Shown here piece after piece: positions 10,594 to 20,621 of a DNA stretch of 64,000 nt. The position numbers and the translations under genes were made by a program. The notes below the pieces were generated by a model. That model worked only from the letters and a program-made list of their open reading frames with translations. It was not told the DNA's origin and made no database searches. The stretch is taken from positions 32,001-96,000 of the forward strand of contig JAWXAY010000100.1 in NCBI GenBank assembly GCA_034439715.1, read 5' to 3'. Every line of letters begins with the position of its first letter. The stretch's first letter is position 1. The stretch is from Pseudomonadota bacterium. GTDB lineage: Bacteria; Bdellovibrionota; Bdellovibrionia; Bdellovibrionales; SG-bin7.

Positions 10594-10965
10594 TCAGGGA
10601 ATTTCGAAATGTAAAGTGTCTTCTTTAGCTTTGTCCTTCAATTTCACATCTACACTATGTGCACTCTTGAAGGTTCTGTCGATTCGAAAATGATCACTTT
10701 CTTTGTACACAGTCAGCCGAACGCTTTTGCCTCCGATGTTGGCAAAAGCTTCCATACCTAAGTCATTAAACTTCAATCCTGCAGTCTTATAGCCAACCAC
10801 AAAAACATCTAAAGTCTTGGCTCCCGGGACGAGCTGAACGGTAAAAAGCTTTCCCTGTGCCTCCAGGCGTTTGGCAATTTCCTGCGTGTCATGTAAGTCG
10901 TCTGTTTGTGCATGAAGGTAAGAGGTCAAAAGTGATAGAATAAGTAAAAACATTAGTTTGTTCAT
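10594..10965 (-). CDS. Secreted hypothetical protein
   Basis: Signal peptide from MNKLMFLL...LHA. Confidence 0.65.
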   Translation of the reverse strand: MNKLMFLLILSLLTSYLHAQTDDLHDTQEIAKRLEAQGKLFTVQLVPGAKTLDVFVVGYKTAGLKFNDLGMEAFANIGGKSVRLTVYKESDHFRIDRTFKSAHSVDVKLKDKAKEDTLHFEIP

Positions 10966-11175
10966 ATAAGCCAATACGAGAGCAATTTTGATGCCACCCG
11001 TCTTCTCTTTAGTACCTACTTTTGGCGTCTTGTGGGACAACAATTCCCACAATCAGGGCGAAATGACCGAACTGGACCTGTGCCCAATCGATTTATTTTG
11101 TGACGCCAAATTATTCGTTTTAAGAACTCTCAAAAAAAGCTAACATAATTTCTTTGAGAACTAGGAATAAAAAAA

Positions 11176-11847
11176 TTGGATTATAGCCAGACCCCCGTAT
11201 TTGAGTTTTTGTCACAATATGCTTATCAGCCGGGACTCATCTACGGCTTAATTGTCGTTATGATGGTGGCGAGCGCCTTTGGCTTACCGCTGCCCGAAGA
11301 AATAACCATCATTAGTGTGGCGATTTTAGCCCATATGGGTGCACATCCTGACAGATTTCCACCACCCTTTCCTGATGCACCGGTAGTCAACAAGTGGACA
11401 GCATCAATAATCACTTTAGCCGCAGTTTTAATTAGCGACATTGTCGTTTACCAGATTGGGCGCAAGTCAGGTGCTTTGCTAACTACGCGGCCTACGTTTA
11501 AGAGATTTTTTGATCACGGAAAAATGCAGAAAGTAAAAAAATGGACTCATGACTATGGGGCTTGGGCAGTTTTCTTTTTCAGATTTATGCCGGGTATAAG
11601 ATTTCCAGGACATATTTTTTGCGGACTTATGAACCTGTCTTTTTGGAAATTTATCTTGATGGATTCCTTTGCTGCCCTAATTAGTATACCCACGCAATTG
11701 GTTTTTGTGGCGACTTATGGCGACGAAATAATTGCCAACATCATTAAGTTTAAGATTTACGTATTTGGATTTATCGCGATCGTAATCCTTGCTCTTATAA
11801 TGAAAAAAGTTTTTTTTTGGTCCGTCGCTAAAACTGATAATGTTTAG
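11176..11847 (+). CDS. DedA family membrane protein
   Basis: GLPLPEE, D...Y.IGR, FFFRFMPGIR motifs. Confidence 0.9.
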   Translation: MDYSQTPVFEFLSQYAYQPGLIYGLIVVMMVASAFGLPLPEEITIISVAILAHMGAHPDRFPPPFPDAPVVNKWTASIITLAAVLISDIVVYQIGRKSGALLTTRPTFKRFFDHGKMQKVKKWTHDYGAWAVFFFRFMPGIRFPGHIFCGLMNLSFWKFILMDSFAALISIPTQLVFVATYGDEIIANIIKFKIYVFGFIAIVILALIMKKVFFWSVAKTDNV

Positions 11848-12797
11848 GCCGCCCTCACTGCTGGCACACCCGAAGTTTTTGGAAGCTTAATTACAAATCG
11901 CGTATTGATACTCTCACTATCGAATTGAATCTCTCCATTGTGTTCTTTAATTAAGCTAATACAAATACTCAAGCCCAAGCCCGCTCCATTACCTATATCC
12001 TTTGTAGTAAAAAATGGCTGAAATATTTTTTCTCTTACTTCGAGTGGAATTCCTGGTCCCGAGTCCGTAATGCTTATCAGGACAAAATCACGCTGCTCAT
12101 TTACATCAATTCGAATCCAACGATGGTCAACTATCTTGACCGCATCAAAAGCATTGTAAAGTAAATTTAAAAATATCTGCGCAATTTGTACGGGCCGACA
12201 ATTCAGAGTAATATTGGGGTCTATTTCAGGGCAAGAGAGTTCTATGCCATGGCTCTTAAAGCGTGTCTTACAAAAATTTAAGGTGTCAGAAATAATTTTT
12301 TCGAGCGCAACCTTGGTCGTGGGCTCTTTGTCGCCTTCGCGGGAGAAAGATCTTAGCGCCCGTATTATTTTAGATATTCTCTCTGAGTTTTCGACGATTT
12401 TTTCAGCCAAATAAATATTTTTGGTGACATCCGATTGGTCGCGTTTTGCCATAGAAATTATTTGATGAGCAAAGCCCTCGATAATTGTAAGCGGATTGTT
12501 AATTTCATGAGCGATGCCGCTACTCATTTCGGCGAGTGACGCTAAGCGAGACCGATAGGCGCTTTTAATTCTCTCTTTTAAGACTTGCTGGATTTCTTTC
12601 TTTCGTAGTCCGTAAGCTACAAAATTTATGAGGGCAATTACAGTGGCGCCGGCTACAACTAATCTAGCCGCGGGTTTATTGAGATTATCAAATATCGCAA
12701 AAAATATTCCGACTGTAAATAAGAAACAAAGTAACTGCAAAAAACTACCGCGATTTACGCTTTTTGAAAGTGAATTTAGCCGCAAATATCTCATCAA
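11844..12797 (-). CDS. Sensor histidine kinase (two TM helices, minimal sensor region)
   Basis: GIAHEINNPL H-box, NLLYNA N-box, DSGPG, FQPFFTTK, GAGLGL. Confidence 0.92.
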   Translation of the reverse strand: MMRYLRLNSLSKSVNRGSFLQLLCFLFTVGIFFAIFDNLNKPAARLVVAGATVIALINFVAYGLRKKEIQQVLKERIKSAYRSRLASLAEMSSGIAHEINNPLTIIEGFAHQIISMAKRDQSDVTKNIYLAEKIVENSERISKIIRALRSFSREGDKEPTTKVALEKIISDTLNFCKTRFKSHGIELSCPEIDPNITLNCRPVQIAQIFLNLLYNAFDAVKIVDHRWIRIDVNEQRDFVLISITDSGPGIPLEVREKIFQPFFTTKDIGNGAGLGLSICISLIKEHNGEIQFDSESINTRFVIKLPKTSGVPAVRAA

Positions 12798-12860
12798 TTA
12801 TTTATCGGCCAAACCTTCAAAAATCTTTTGGCAATCTCAAATTGAGTCGGCTGATTGACA

Positions 12861-13751
12861 CTACTTTTGTTTTTGTTGAACGGGCTCGTTTACGAAAATC
12901 ACCAAATCTGAAATAGGGCCGTATATATAGTGATTGAGTAAGCCCAATAGCTCACTTTCTTTATATTCCGATGTGTCAATAATTCGAATCGAAAGAACAC
13001 CTGATGTCGGATTTCTCTTTTTGAGTCGCGAAATAGTTCCATCAAAAAAATCAGTGTGAAAATTGCCGGCTATAAAAAATCGGGGTACAGTAGAGATTTC
13101 ATTTTCAAGGGAGTAGGCCATCACATCGTCTGTCAAGCATTGTGCCTCAAAATAATTCTGGTGCTTTTCGGCAGGAACATGTTCCCCCATCGCCTTGGTG
13201 AAGCGTTCCCAATAATTTGCGCCGCCCATTTCAAAGCCAGGGGGAATCAGTTGGGGATCGGCAGACTTGATTCCTCCTTTTGTCACGGGTGCTTTTTCCT
13301 CGCGCGTAAGATTGATGCCTTTGAGATCTCCTTCAAACTTCTTTAGGGTTTCTAAAACAGGTACATAAAAAGGGGCGGTGGATTTACCAACGGTCGCAGT
13401 CAAAAATTCGAGTGCCGTTATTTTGCCACTCATAAAATCGCTGTAAAGCAACTTATTTTGCACCTTTTGGGTAACCGCTAAAAACTCCCAGCCCAATGAA
13501 AATCGGCCTTTAAGGTGAAGGCGGGTAACCACCTCTTCAATAATTCTAGCCTCCAAAATTTGTACTTCGGTTGTATTATGTAGTTCACCTATGGCAATAG
13601 TTTGGGAGACGGCGGCCCGAATGCTCAAATCTTCAAAGGTCAGTTCACTTAAAGTCTTTACGTCCAATATGCGGTGGTGCCAGGTGGCAGACGCCGCGGT
13701 AGCTACGGAAATACTTAACAACATTGCAATTGAAAAAATCTGTATTTTCAT
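12861..13751 (-). CDS. ChaN-family (heme/iron-uptake associated) secreted protein
   Basis: Signal peptide from MKIQIF; IGELHN, LGWEF, Q...D..MA, AGNFH motifs. Confidence 0.75.
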   Translation of the reverse strand: MKIQIFSIAMLLSISVATAASATWHHRILDVKTLSELTFEDLSIRAAVSQTIAIGELHNTTEVQILEARIIEEVVTRLHLKGRFSLGWEFLAVTQKVQNKLLYSDFMSGKITALEFLTATVGKSTAPFYVPVLETLKKFEGDLKGINLTREEKAPVTKGGIKSADPQLIPPGFEMGGANYWERFTKAMGEHVPAEKHQNYFEAQCLTDDVMAYSLENEISTVPRFFIAGNFHTDFFDGTISRLKKRNPTSGVLSIRIIDTSEYKESELLGLLNHYIYGPISDLVIFVNEPVQQKQK

Positions 13752-13752
13752 A

Positions 13753-14235
13753 TTATTGGTCCCCCAAACATTTGGCGTGGACATTATCGATTTGAGTTTT
13801 AATTTGTCGAAATTTAGAAAAAAACGTGAACCATTCAATCGTAGCACCAACCTGTAATTTCTCGACACCAGTAAGACCACAATAGCCATATTGTTTATAG
13901 CAAATGGCGTGTGAATCGAACGCGAACTCCTCAAGGGTCGTACAATTCGGAATGCGTGAAATTCGATTGTCGTAGAGCATTCCCATAAGACAAAGACCGG
14001 TATTATTGATAAAGTTACTTAGATCAGGATTCCAAACGGTCGCTTTTTCTTGGAATTTCAGGCAGTAAGGATAGGCAAAACTGGTAAGGTAATCGGAGCC
14101 GTTATCTTTGCAGTTTAAATGTCGCTCTAACTCTAGATAGTAATTACAGTCAAACTTGGTCGGCTGTGGCCACTCAGAGCTTTGAGCTGAATTTAAAAAA
14201 ACCGAAAAAAGAAGAGAAAGAATTTTTAAAGTCAT
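13753..14235 (-). CDS. Secreted cysteine-rich protein (stanniocalcin-like pattern)
   Basis: Signal peptide; C.YY..LE....C....Y......YC..F...CL...C..L...AF.SH..CY...G.C pattern. Confidence 0.6.
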   Translation of the reverse strand: MTLKILSLLFSVFLNSAQSSEWPQPTKFDCNYYLELERHLNCKDNGSDYLTSFAYPYCLKFQEKATVWNPDLSNFINNTGLCLMGMLYDNRISRIPNCTTLEEFAFDSHAICYKQYGYCGLTGVEKLQVGATIEWFTFFSKFRQIKTQIDNVHAKCLGDQ

Positions 14236-15620
14236 AAAACAATAGTCTTTTGCAGAGGTAAGTTGCCAATTTCAATCATTACAGCGTCGGTGGTTTTTTC
14301 TGGGGTTTCCACAATCAATTTATATACACCTGGATTTAGAATTATAAAAAAAGTGCCGTCGGGATTCACTCTATATGATTGAGTATACTTTTCGCCACTA
14401 ATTTTAAGAGTTGCATTTTTTACTGGTAAATTATTATCTATTACCTGGCCATAAAATCCTGCTTCTTCAAGACGTTTAAACAACAAAGTCCAGGCGGAGC
14501 GCAGCTTTTTTACAGTGGCGTCGCGGTATTTGCCGTATTCCGGTTGAAAATCCTGATTCAATTCAATAACGAATGGAATGACTTGGTATTCGTGATACAT
14601 CCAACTTATATCATCCCCATCCACTCCGTAGAGAATTTCCCAGGGGACCCCGGCCGTGTATGTTCCTCCCCCACTGTCAGATTTTATCCTGCTGGCCAAC
14701 TCCTGGCCAATAGGTTCCACGACAGATGCCGTTTCTACACGTTGACCATCACAGCCATAAGGATACAGCACAAGCTCGCCGTAGGAGTGGAATGAAATAT
14801 CAAACACAGGTCTAATTTGCGCCACTAAACCCATGAGCGCCTGTGTTTCGGGCTCAGATCCCGGTGATTCGCCACGGTAAGTGTCTGTGTTTTTATTACT
14901 ACTGGAGCCATTACAGCTGGCCCATCCGTAAGGATAATTACGATTGATGTCCACGCCATATCCGCCGCGAGTATTTTTTCGCCACCAATTATCCTCGGTC
15001 CAAACCTTGTTGTTTCCATCAACATTGAGCATAGGTACAACCCAAATCTCATAAGAATTTACCCAGCGGGTAAGTACGTCGTCTGACAAATAATTGTTGA
15101 TCAAGACTTCAATGAGGTCTAGCGGCACTTCGGGTGTCATGACCTCGCGTGCATGGTGCATTCCATTAAATAAAATAGCCGGCTCACCAACTTCATGCAC
15201 ATCGGGGTTGTCAGAAATTTTGAGCGCCCAAATGTCGCGGCCCTCGAGTGATTTTCCAATAGACACAAGTTTTGTAATGCCTGGATATCGCGAGCTATAA
15301 TCCTTAAGAAGGGCCTCAATTTCATCAGGTGATTTGTAATCTTCATCTACATTTTCAACTCTTATAATAATTTCGGGGTTAAAGCCCTGGGCTTTCAAAA
15401 ATTCAATCTGTTTTTCGTTGACTAGCACCTGCACACTCTTTTGACTATAATTTACTCCGGCGACATCTACTCCATGTTGCTGCAAAAATAAAATTTGGTT
15501 TTTGTAGTCTGTAAGCTGGAGGTTTGCGCGAAATCTTTTTGCGGGACTGACCATTGCGCCCATAAAAATGGCAAGGACAAATACGATTATAAATTTCAGC
15601 ACAAAATTATACTTTTTCAT
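14232..15620 (-). CDS. M14 zinc carboxypeptidase (carboxypeptidase T-like)
   Basis: HAREV, NVDG, RKN, GVDINRNY, SEPET, HSY; propeptide and C-terminal beta-sandwich. Confidence 0.92.
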   Translation of the reverse strand: MKKYNFVLKFIIVFVLAIFMGAMVSPAKRFRANLQLTDYKNQILFLQQHGVDVAGVNYSQKSVQVLVNEKQIEFLKAQGFNPEIIIRVENVDEDYKSPDEIEALLKDYSSRYPGITKLVSIGKSLEGRDIWALKISDNPDVHEVGEPAILFNGMHHAREVMTPEVPLDLIEVLINNYLSDDVLTRWVNSYEIWVVPMLNVDGNNKVWTEDNWWRKNTRGGYGVDINRNYPYGWASCNGSSSNKNTDTYRGESPGSEPETQALMGLVAQIRPVFDISFHSYGELVLYPYGCDGQRVETASVVEPIGQELASRIKSDSGGGTYTAGVPWEILYGVDGDDISWMYHEYQVIPFVIELNQDFQPEYGKYRDATVKKLRSAWTLLFKRLEEAGFYGQVIDNNLPVKNATLKISGEKYTQSYRVNPDGTFFIILNPGVYKLIVETPEKTTDAVMIEIGNLPLQKTIVL

Positions 15621-16863
15621 CTATTTTTTCTCCTAAATTTAATCGACGTAAATATAAAAGTAGCAACATTCCAGGAATGGCAGCTAATGTGCAGAACAAA
15701 AAGTAAGAAGACCAACCCATTTGCTTAGCCAAATACCCAGTAGGCGTTCCGATAATTACACGAGGGACACCAGCGAGACTCGAAAGCAGAGCATACTGAG
15801 TGGCAGTAAATTTTCGGCTAGCAGTATTTGACATAAAGGATACAAAAGCTATGGAGCCAACAGCCGCCGTTATATCTTCAAACGAAACCACAGCGCCATA
15901 AAGCCAAAGGTTTTTTTCTGCCAAGGCTACAAAAGTAAAACCAAAAGTAGATGCCGCCTGTAAAAATCCCGCAATCCACAAAGAGCCCCAGATTCCAAAA
16001 AAATACACAATTGAACCGCCTAAAATGGGACCGACCCAACTTAATGTAGGGGCAATGGTTTTGGCTATGATGGCGATTTCAGTTTTTGTATATCCCCTGT
16101 CAAGGTAAAAAGGGGCGAGCATATTTCCAGCCATGTTATCGCCAACTTTGTAAAGCACGATAAACAACAATATCACAATTGCGGATTTTCGATTAAAAAA
16201 TTCTTTAAACGGGAGAACGAGCGCTTCAGCCATAGTTTTTGGTTTTATATTTCCGGTTTTAGGTTCAGGCGCTTTGATGGTAAAAATAAGATTCAATCCC
16301 ATAATAGCAGCCATTATGAGATAGACATACTTCCAGGCCATATGATCCGCCAAGAGGAGAGCCAGGGCACCAGTAATCAGTAGGGCAATCTTGTAACCAT
16401 AAGTGTAAAGTGCAGTACCCAATCCTAATTCTTCATCCTTGAGAGTTTCTAGGCGGTAGGCATCGACGACAATGTCTTGAGTGGCGCTGAAAAAAGCGAC
16501 AAGCAGAGCCATTACAGCAAAGCCCCATAAGTGGTGAGCAGGGTTGATTAGCCCCAATCCACATATTAATACTGTGAGGGCCAGCTGTGAAAACGCCAAC
16601 CAACCTTTTCGATGTCCTAAAAAAGGTAAGGTGAAGCGATCCAAAAACGGTGCCCACAAAAACTTTAACGTATAAGGCAAGCCCACAATTGCAAAAATAC
16701 CAATGACGGTGAGGTCGACTCCGGCTTCCTTGAGCCAGAACTGCATTGTTCTAGAAGTCAAAAACAGTGGCATGCCTGAAGCAAATCCCATGAGAAGAGA
16801 ATAGAAGAATGGCGGTTGCTTTAACGCCACGACCATTTGTTTAAAGGAGTGCTTTTGCGCCAT
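15607..16863 (-). CDS. ampG: AmpG-family muropeptide MFS transporter
   Basis: GFASGMP, KFLWAPFLD, SATQDIVVDAY, ATQYALLSS. Confidence 0.92.
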   Translation of the reverse strand: MAQKHSFKQMVVALKQPPFFYSLLMGFASGMPLFLTSRTMQFWLKEAGVDLTVIGIFAIVGLPYTLKFLWAPFLDRFTLPFLGHRKGWLAFSQLALTVLICGLGLINPAHHLWGFAVMALLVAFFSATQDIVVDAYRLETLKDEELGLGTALYTYGYKIALLITGALALLLADHMAWKYVYLIMAAIMGLNLIFTIKAPEPKTGNIKPKTMAEALVLPFKEFFNRKSAIVILLFIVLYKVGDNMAGNMLAPFYLDRGYTKTEIAIIAKTIAPTLSWVGPILGGSIVYFFGIWGSLWIAGFLQAASTFGFTFVALAEKNLWLYGAVVSFEDITAAVGSIAFVSFMSNTASRKFTATQYALLSSLAGVPRVIIGTPTGYLAKQMGWSSYFLFCTLAAIPGMLLLLYLRRLNLGEKIDEKV

Positions 16864-16891
16864 ACCTTGATAGGGTAGGGCCAGATATTAG

Positions 16892-17599
16892 TTGTGGCAA
16901 GACCTTATTTACGGGAATATTAGGTCTGTGAAGTATACATATCTCCTGCTTTTATTTTGGATTAACAACGCTTTTTCAGAGATGCCCAACCCAGTTATCC
17001 GAGGAGATCGAAAGGTAGCAAAAGTGGCGTTAACTTTTGATGCTTGCCCAACAATTCCTCAGGGAAAACTTGAAGAGCGCGTGATAGAAATTTTAAAAAG
17101 AACTCAAACGCCGGCCACGCTATTTATTAGCGGGCGCTGGGCCAAAAAGCAAAAACGTCTGGTTAAAAAACTGAGTCAAAATCCACTTTTTGAAATTGCC
17201 AACCATTCTTATTCGCACCCACATTTTTTAGAAAAAAAAGATGAGGAAATAAAATGGGAGCTCGAAGAAACCCAAAAAATACTAAAATCAATCACGGGTA
17301 AAACGCCCACACTTTATCGTCCGCCCTTTGGTGAATATGACGAAAACACGGTTAAAGTCGCAAAGGAACTTGGGCTAACGACTGTTGAGTATGATTTGCC
17401 GTCGGGAGATCCTGACCCTAACTTTACAAAAGAAGTTTTAGAAAAATCAGTTGTCACAAAAGCCAGAAATGGTTCAATAGTAGTGATGCACATGAACACC
17501 AGGGGCATTCACACAGGAGAAGCTCTCGAAGAAATAATCAAGGGCCTAAAAAAAAGAGGCTTTACACTCGTTAAAGTGTCAGATTTATTTGATCGGTAA
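16892..17599 (+). CDS. Polysaccharide/peptidoglycan deacetylase (CE4, NodB domain), exported
   Basis: ALTFDA, NHSYSHP, YRPPFGE, IVVMH; signal-like N-terminus. Confidence 0.9.
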   Translation: MWQDLIYGNIRSVKYTYLLLLFWINNAFSEMPNPVIRGDRKVAKVALTFDACPTIPQGKLEERVIEILKRTQTPATLFISGRWAKKQKRLVKKLSQNPLFEIANHSYSHPHFLEKKDEEIKWELEETQKILKSITGKTPTLYRPPFGEYDENTVKVAKELGLTTVEYDLPSGDPDPNFTKEVLEKSVVTKARNGSIVVMHMNTRGIHTGEALEEIIKGLKKRGFTLVKVSDLFDR

Positions 17600-17708
17600 A
17601 AAGTCTAGTGCTGCCCGACGTTAGCCCGAAAATAAAAGCAGCCATAATGATTTGAAAGGTCTGTGCCGAATAGACTCGTGAGTTATCTAACTACTCAGGA
17701 GTGTTAAT

Positions 17709-18410
17709 ATGGCTATGGCAATCATTGGTTTTATATCTCTATATCATGTCGCCGAGTTTTTTATTGGCTTGGTAGGCGTCTTTGGAATTGCCCTCGTTTT
17801 AGAGCGATTCAAGGCCCTCTATTTTGTCTATCCTATCAAGACCAAAGAATTTATGGATCAAGTTTTAGACTTGCTTTCAAATGACAAACGAGAAGAAGCC
17901 ATCGCACTGTGTGCAACATATAAAGAAAAGCCTCTTCCCTACGTTATTAAACGAATTCTTGAGCGATCAGATAGAGACGATGAATCCATAAGGATGTCTT
18001 ATGATATTGGCACCTCAGAGGTAGCTCCTGGTATAATAAGACACCTCAATCACTTACCGATGATCTCAAATGTTGTAACTCTGATAGGTCTATTGGGGAC
18101 AGTTGCGGGTCTTATTATAGCGTTTGACGCCTTAAGCTTGGCCGATGCCTCTCAAAGAAATACCGTACTCACGCAAGGCATTTCGCTCGCCATGACTGCT
18201 ACGGCGGCCGGTCTTGCGGTTGCAATTCCTGTTATGTTTATATATTCCTTTTTATACACTCGCCAAACTAAACTTTTTTCAGAAATAGATAATAATGCTC
18301 TTAAAGTGATGGAACATCTTTTTGATCGTGGAAATGGTTTTGATGTTGATAAAGTGTATCCTTCACGAGGGTCAGCACCTCCGCCACCTAAAACTAAGCA
18401 GTCAGCCTAA
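17709..18410 (+). CDS. MotA/TolQ/ExbB proton channel protein (AglR-like)
   Basis: TLIGLLGTVAGLI and GISLAM.ATAAGLAVAIP. Confidence 0.9.
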   Translation: MAMAIIGFISLYHVAEFFIGLVGVFGIALVLERFKALYFVYPIKTKEFMDQVLDLLSNDKREEAIALCATYKEKPLPYVIKRILERSDRDDESIRMSYDIGTSEVAPGIIRHLNHLPMISNVVTLIGLLGTVAGLIIAFDALSLADASQRNTVLTQGISLAMTATAAGLAVAIPVMFIYSFLYTRQTKLFSEIDNNALKVMEHLFDRGNGFDVDKVYPSRGSAPPPPKTKQSA

Positions 18411-18422
18411 TCGAGGTCACAC

Positions 18423-18959
18423 ATGCGTTGGAAAAAGACTAGGGCCTCAGACAATACTTTTGATATTAATTTGGCTCCAGTTTTGGATATTATTATTTCA
18501 ATAGTATCGCTCTTACTTTTTAGCGTGGCGCTTATCGAAATCAAAATGATAGAAACATCCGTTCCTCAAGTCGTTAAGGACATGGTAGAAAAAATTGAAA
18601 AACAAGAAGAGCTGGCGCAAATTCAATTAAAAATGTCCAAGAAAAATGGTTTTACTTTTGAGATCGACAACAAAGGGAATAAAGAATCAGTGGCTGTGCC
18701 CCTTTCAACTGGTAAACCTGATTACGTGAAACTCCAAGAAGAAGGCAGCAAAATTAAGAAACGCTATCCCGCTGTATTTTCCCTTTCTGTTTTGCCCGAA
18801 AAAGATTGGTCCATGTCAGAAATTGTTTCCACTCTTGATCATGTTCGAAAAATGTCTCCTCAGCAGACAGTTGAAATTCAAGACCCGACAAATGGCAATA
18901 AAGTTTCTACGGATTTTATGTTTCCAAACGTGGTCTTTGCCAATATTTTAGGAGAGTAA
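18423..18959 (+). CDS. ExbD/TolR family protein (AglQ-like)
   Basis: DINLAPVLD TM segment with conserved Asp; C-terminal MFPNVVF. Confidence 0.82.
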   Translation: MRWKKTRASDNTFDINLAPVLDIIISIVSLLLFSVALIEIKMIETSVPQVVKDMVEKIEKQEELAQIQLKMSKKNGFTFEIDNKGNKESVAVPLSTGKPDYVKLQEEGSKIKKRYPAVFSLSVLPEKDWSMSEIVSTLDHVRKMSPQQTVEIQDPTNGNKVSTDFMFPNVVFANILGE

Positions 18960-18963
18960 TATT

Positions 18964-19467
18964 GTGGGAATGAAAAGGCATCTTGATCGCAGAAACTCTT
19001 CTAGTTTTAAAATTCAAATTACTTCACTTGTTGACGTTTTTGTAATTATGCTGGTGTTTTTGCTCAAAAGCTACTCTACAAATCCAATTGCTATCTCAGT
19101 CTCCAAAGATCTCACTTTGCCAGAGTCTTCAAGCACCGTAGATCCTAAAGAGATTATCAATCTTGTGGTAGCGCGCACCGGAATTTTTGTTGATAGTGAA
19201 AAAATTTTGGATCTTGTCGATGGGGTTATAAATCCAAAAGATGTGGATCCCAAAGATAACTCAAACTTACCGTTATTATTTAAAGTCCTCGACGATCACG
19301 CTGGTCGACTCAGAAAAATTGCAAACGTCAACGAAACTGTCGAATTCGACGGGAATGTCCTCCTTCAAGCAGATCGCTCTGTGCCTTATGAGCTTTTGCA
19401 AAAAGTAATGTACACTTCGATGATGGCTGGCTACGCCAACGTAAAGCTCGCTGTCTACGCAAAGTAA
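18964..19467 (+). CDS. ExbD/TolR family protein (AglS-like)
   Basis: ITSLVDVFVIMLVFLL; LQADRSVPY..L.KVM. Confidence 0.88.
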   Translation: MGMKRHLDRRNSSSFKIQITSLVDVFVIMLVFLLKSYSTNPIAISVSKDLTLPESSSTVDPKEIINLVVARTGIFVDSEKILDLVDGVINPKDVDPKDNSNLPLLFKVLDDHAGRLRKIANVNETVEFDGNVLLQADRSVPYELLQKVMYTSMMAGYANVKLAVYAK

Positions 19468-19537
19468 ATAATTAATTCGTTGACCGACCATCTCAAGTTA
19501 AACATAATCTCATTGAATTTTTATAATGGAGGAACTT

Positions 19538-20140
19538 ATGAAATTAAGAGGTTTTATTTTGTCATTGTTTTTATGCGGACAAACTTTTGCCGCTACTTAC
19601 ATTATCGATCCGGCTCATACCGGCGTGCAGTTTAAAATTAAGCATTTAATGGTCTCAAATGTGTCCGGGCGATTTGAGGGGTTTGAGGGAGCTTTCGATT
19701 TTGACGAAAAATCAGGAAAACTCGAAAAGGTGACTACAAAAATTAATATTGATACCATCGATACTAACGAGAAAAAACGGGACACTCACCTTAAAAGCCC
19801 AGATTTTTTTGGTGTGAGAGATGCTAAAAATAATCTTGTTTCTAAAAATCAATACATGACCTTTACAAGCAAGAAAGTTGAAATGTCAGGTGATAAGCCA
19901 ACTAAAGTTGTGGGCGATCTTTCGATGAACGGCATTACTAAAGAAGTGAGTCTCAATGTCGTTTATAATGGTGCCGCCAAAGATCCTTGGGGTAATGAAC
20001 GTATAGGTTTCGAGGCTACTACAGAACTTAAGCGTAAGGATTTTAACCTTACATGGAACAAAAATTTAGACGCTGGTGGAGTTGTGGTTGGTGATGATGT
20101 AAAAGTCATCATAGAAGGCGAAGCGATTAAGAAAAAATAG
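19538..20140 (+). CDS. YceI-family polyisoprenoid-binding periplasmic protein
   Basis: DPAHT.V.F.IKH, RDTHLKSPDFF, DPWGN.R.GF; SD GGAGG before ATG 19538. Confidence 0.93.
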   Translation: MKLRGFILSLFLCGQTFAATYIIDPAHTGVQFKIKHLMVSNVSGRFEGFEGAFDFDEKSGKLEKVTTKINIDTIDTNEKKRDTHLKSPDFFGVRDAKNNLVSKNQYMTFTSKKVEMSGDKPTKVVGDLSMNGITKEVSLNVVYNGAAKDPWGNERIGFEATTELKRKDFNLTWNKNLDAGGVVVGDDVKVIIEGEAIKKK

Positions 20141-20150
20141 GTATGATTTA

Positions 20151-20621
20151 ATGATGACAGCTTTGGTGTTTTTACATGCGAGTATTGGCGAGGTGGCCGC
20201 TTTAGCTTTTCTTTGGGTGTCAATCGAACTGTTTGAGCCAACCGCCACTCGAATTAAACGCGCCACGGCTGTTTCGTTGGTAGGGGTTATAGCCACGTTT
20301 TTGTGTTGGATACTTGGCGGAGCTTACTACGTGATTCATTATGTTGATTTTGTACGGCCCGTTATAAAGTCAGGGCCCTACCCATGGGCGCAAGAGATTA
20401 TGATGGAAATAAAGCAACATATTTTTTTGCTAATTCCATTTTTAGCTTTGATGGTCTATCTGCTTATTCGTCAATCTAGTCGAGAAATTATTTTAGATAA
20501 AACAATGCGACGTCGGACAATCGTCTTATCTTTGGTCACTTTCTTTTTATGTTTCTTGATGACGGCACTTGGTTACCTTACTTCGTTTGGAGCCAGGAGA
20601 GCACTTGAAGGACTCTTGTGA
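20151..20621 (+). CDS. Four-TM membrane hypothetical protein
   Basis: Hydrophobic segments; FLHASIGE and YY..HY...RPVIK.GP.PWA...MEIKQH. Confidence 0.7.
   Translation: MMTALVFLHASIGEVAALAFLWVSIELFEPTATRIKRATAVSLVGVIATFLCWILGGAYYVIHYVDFVRPVIKSGPYPWAQEIMMEIKQHIFLLIPFLALMVYLLIRQSSREIILDKTMRRRTIVLSLVTFFLCFLMTALGYLTSFGARRALEGLL

Noticed and set aside
16892..17599. Polysaccharide deacetylase as a PuuE-type allantoinase filling the pathway gap
   Set aside because: It has a signal-like N-terminus and the normal metal-binding HSYSH motif, lacks PuuE features and lies ~26 kb from the urate operon
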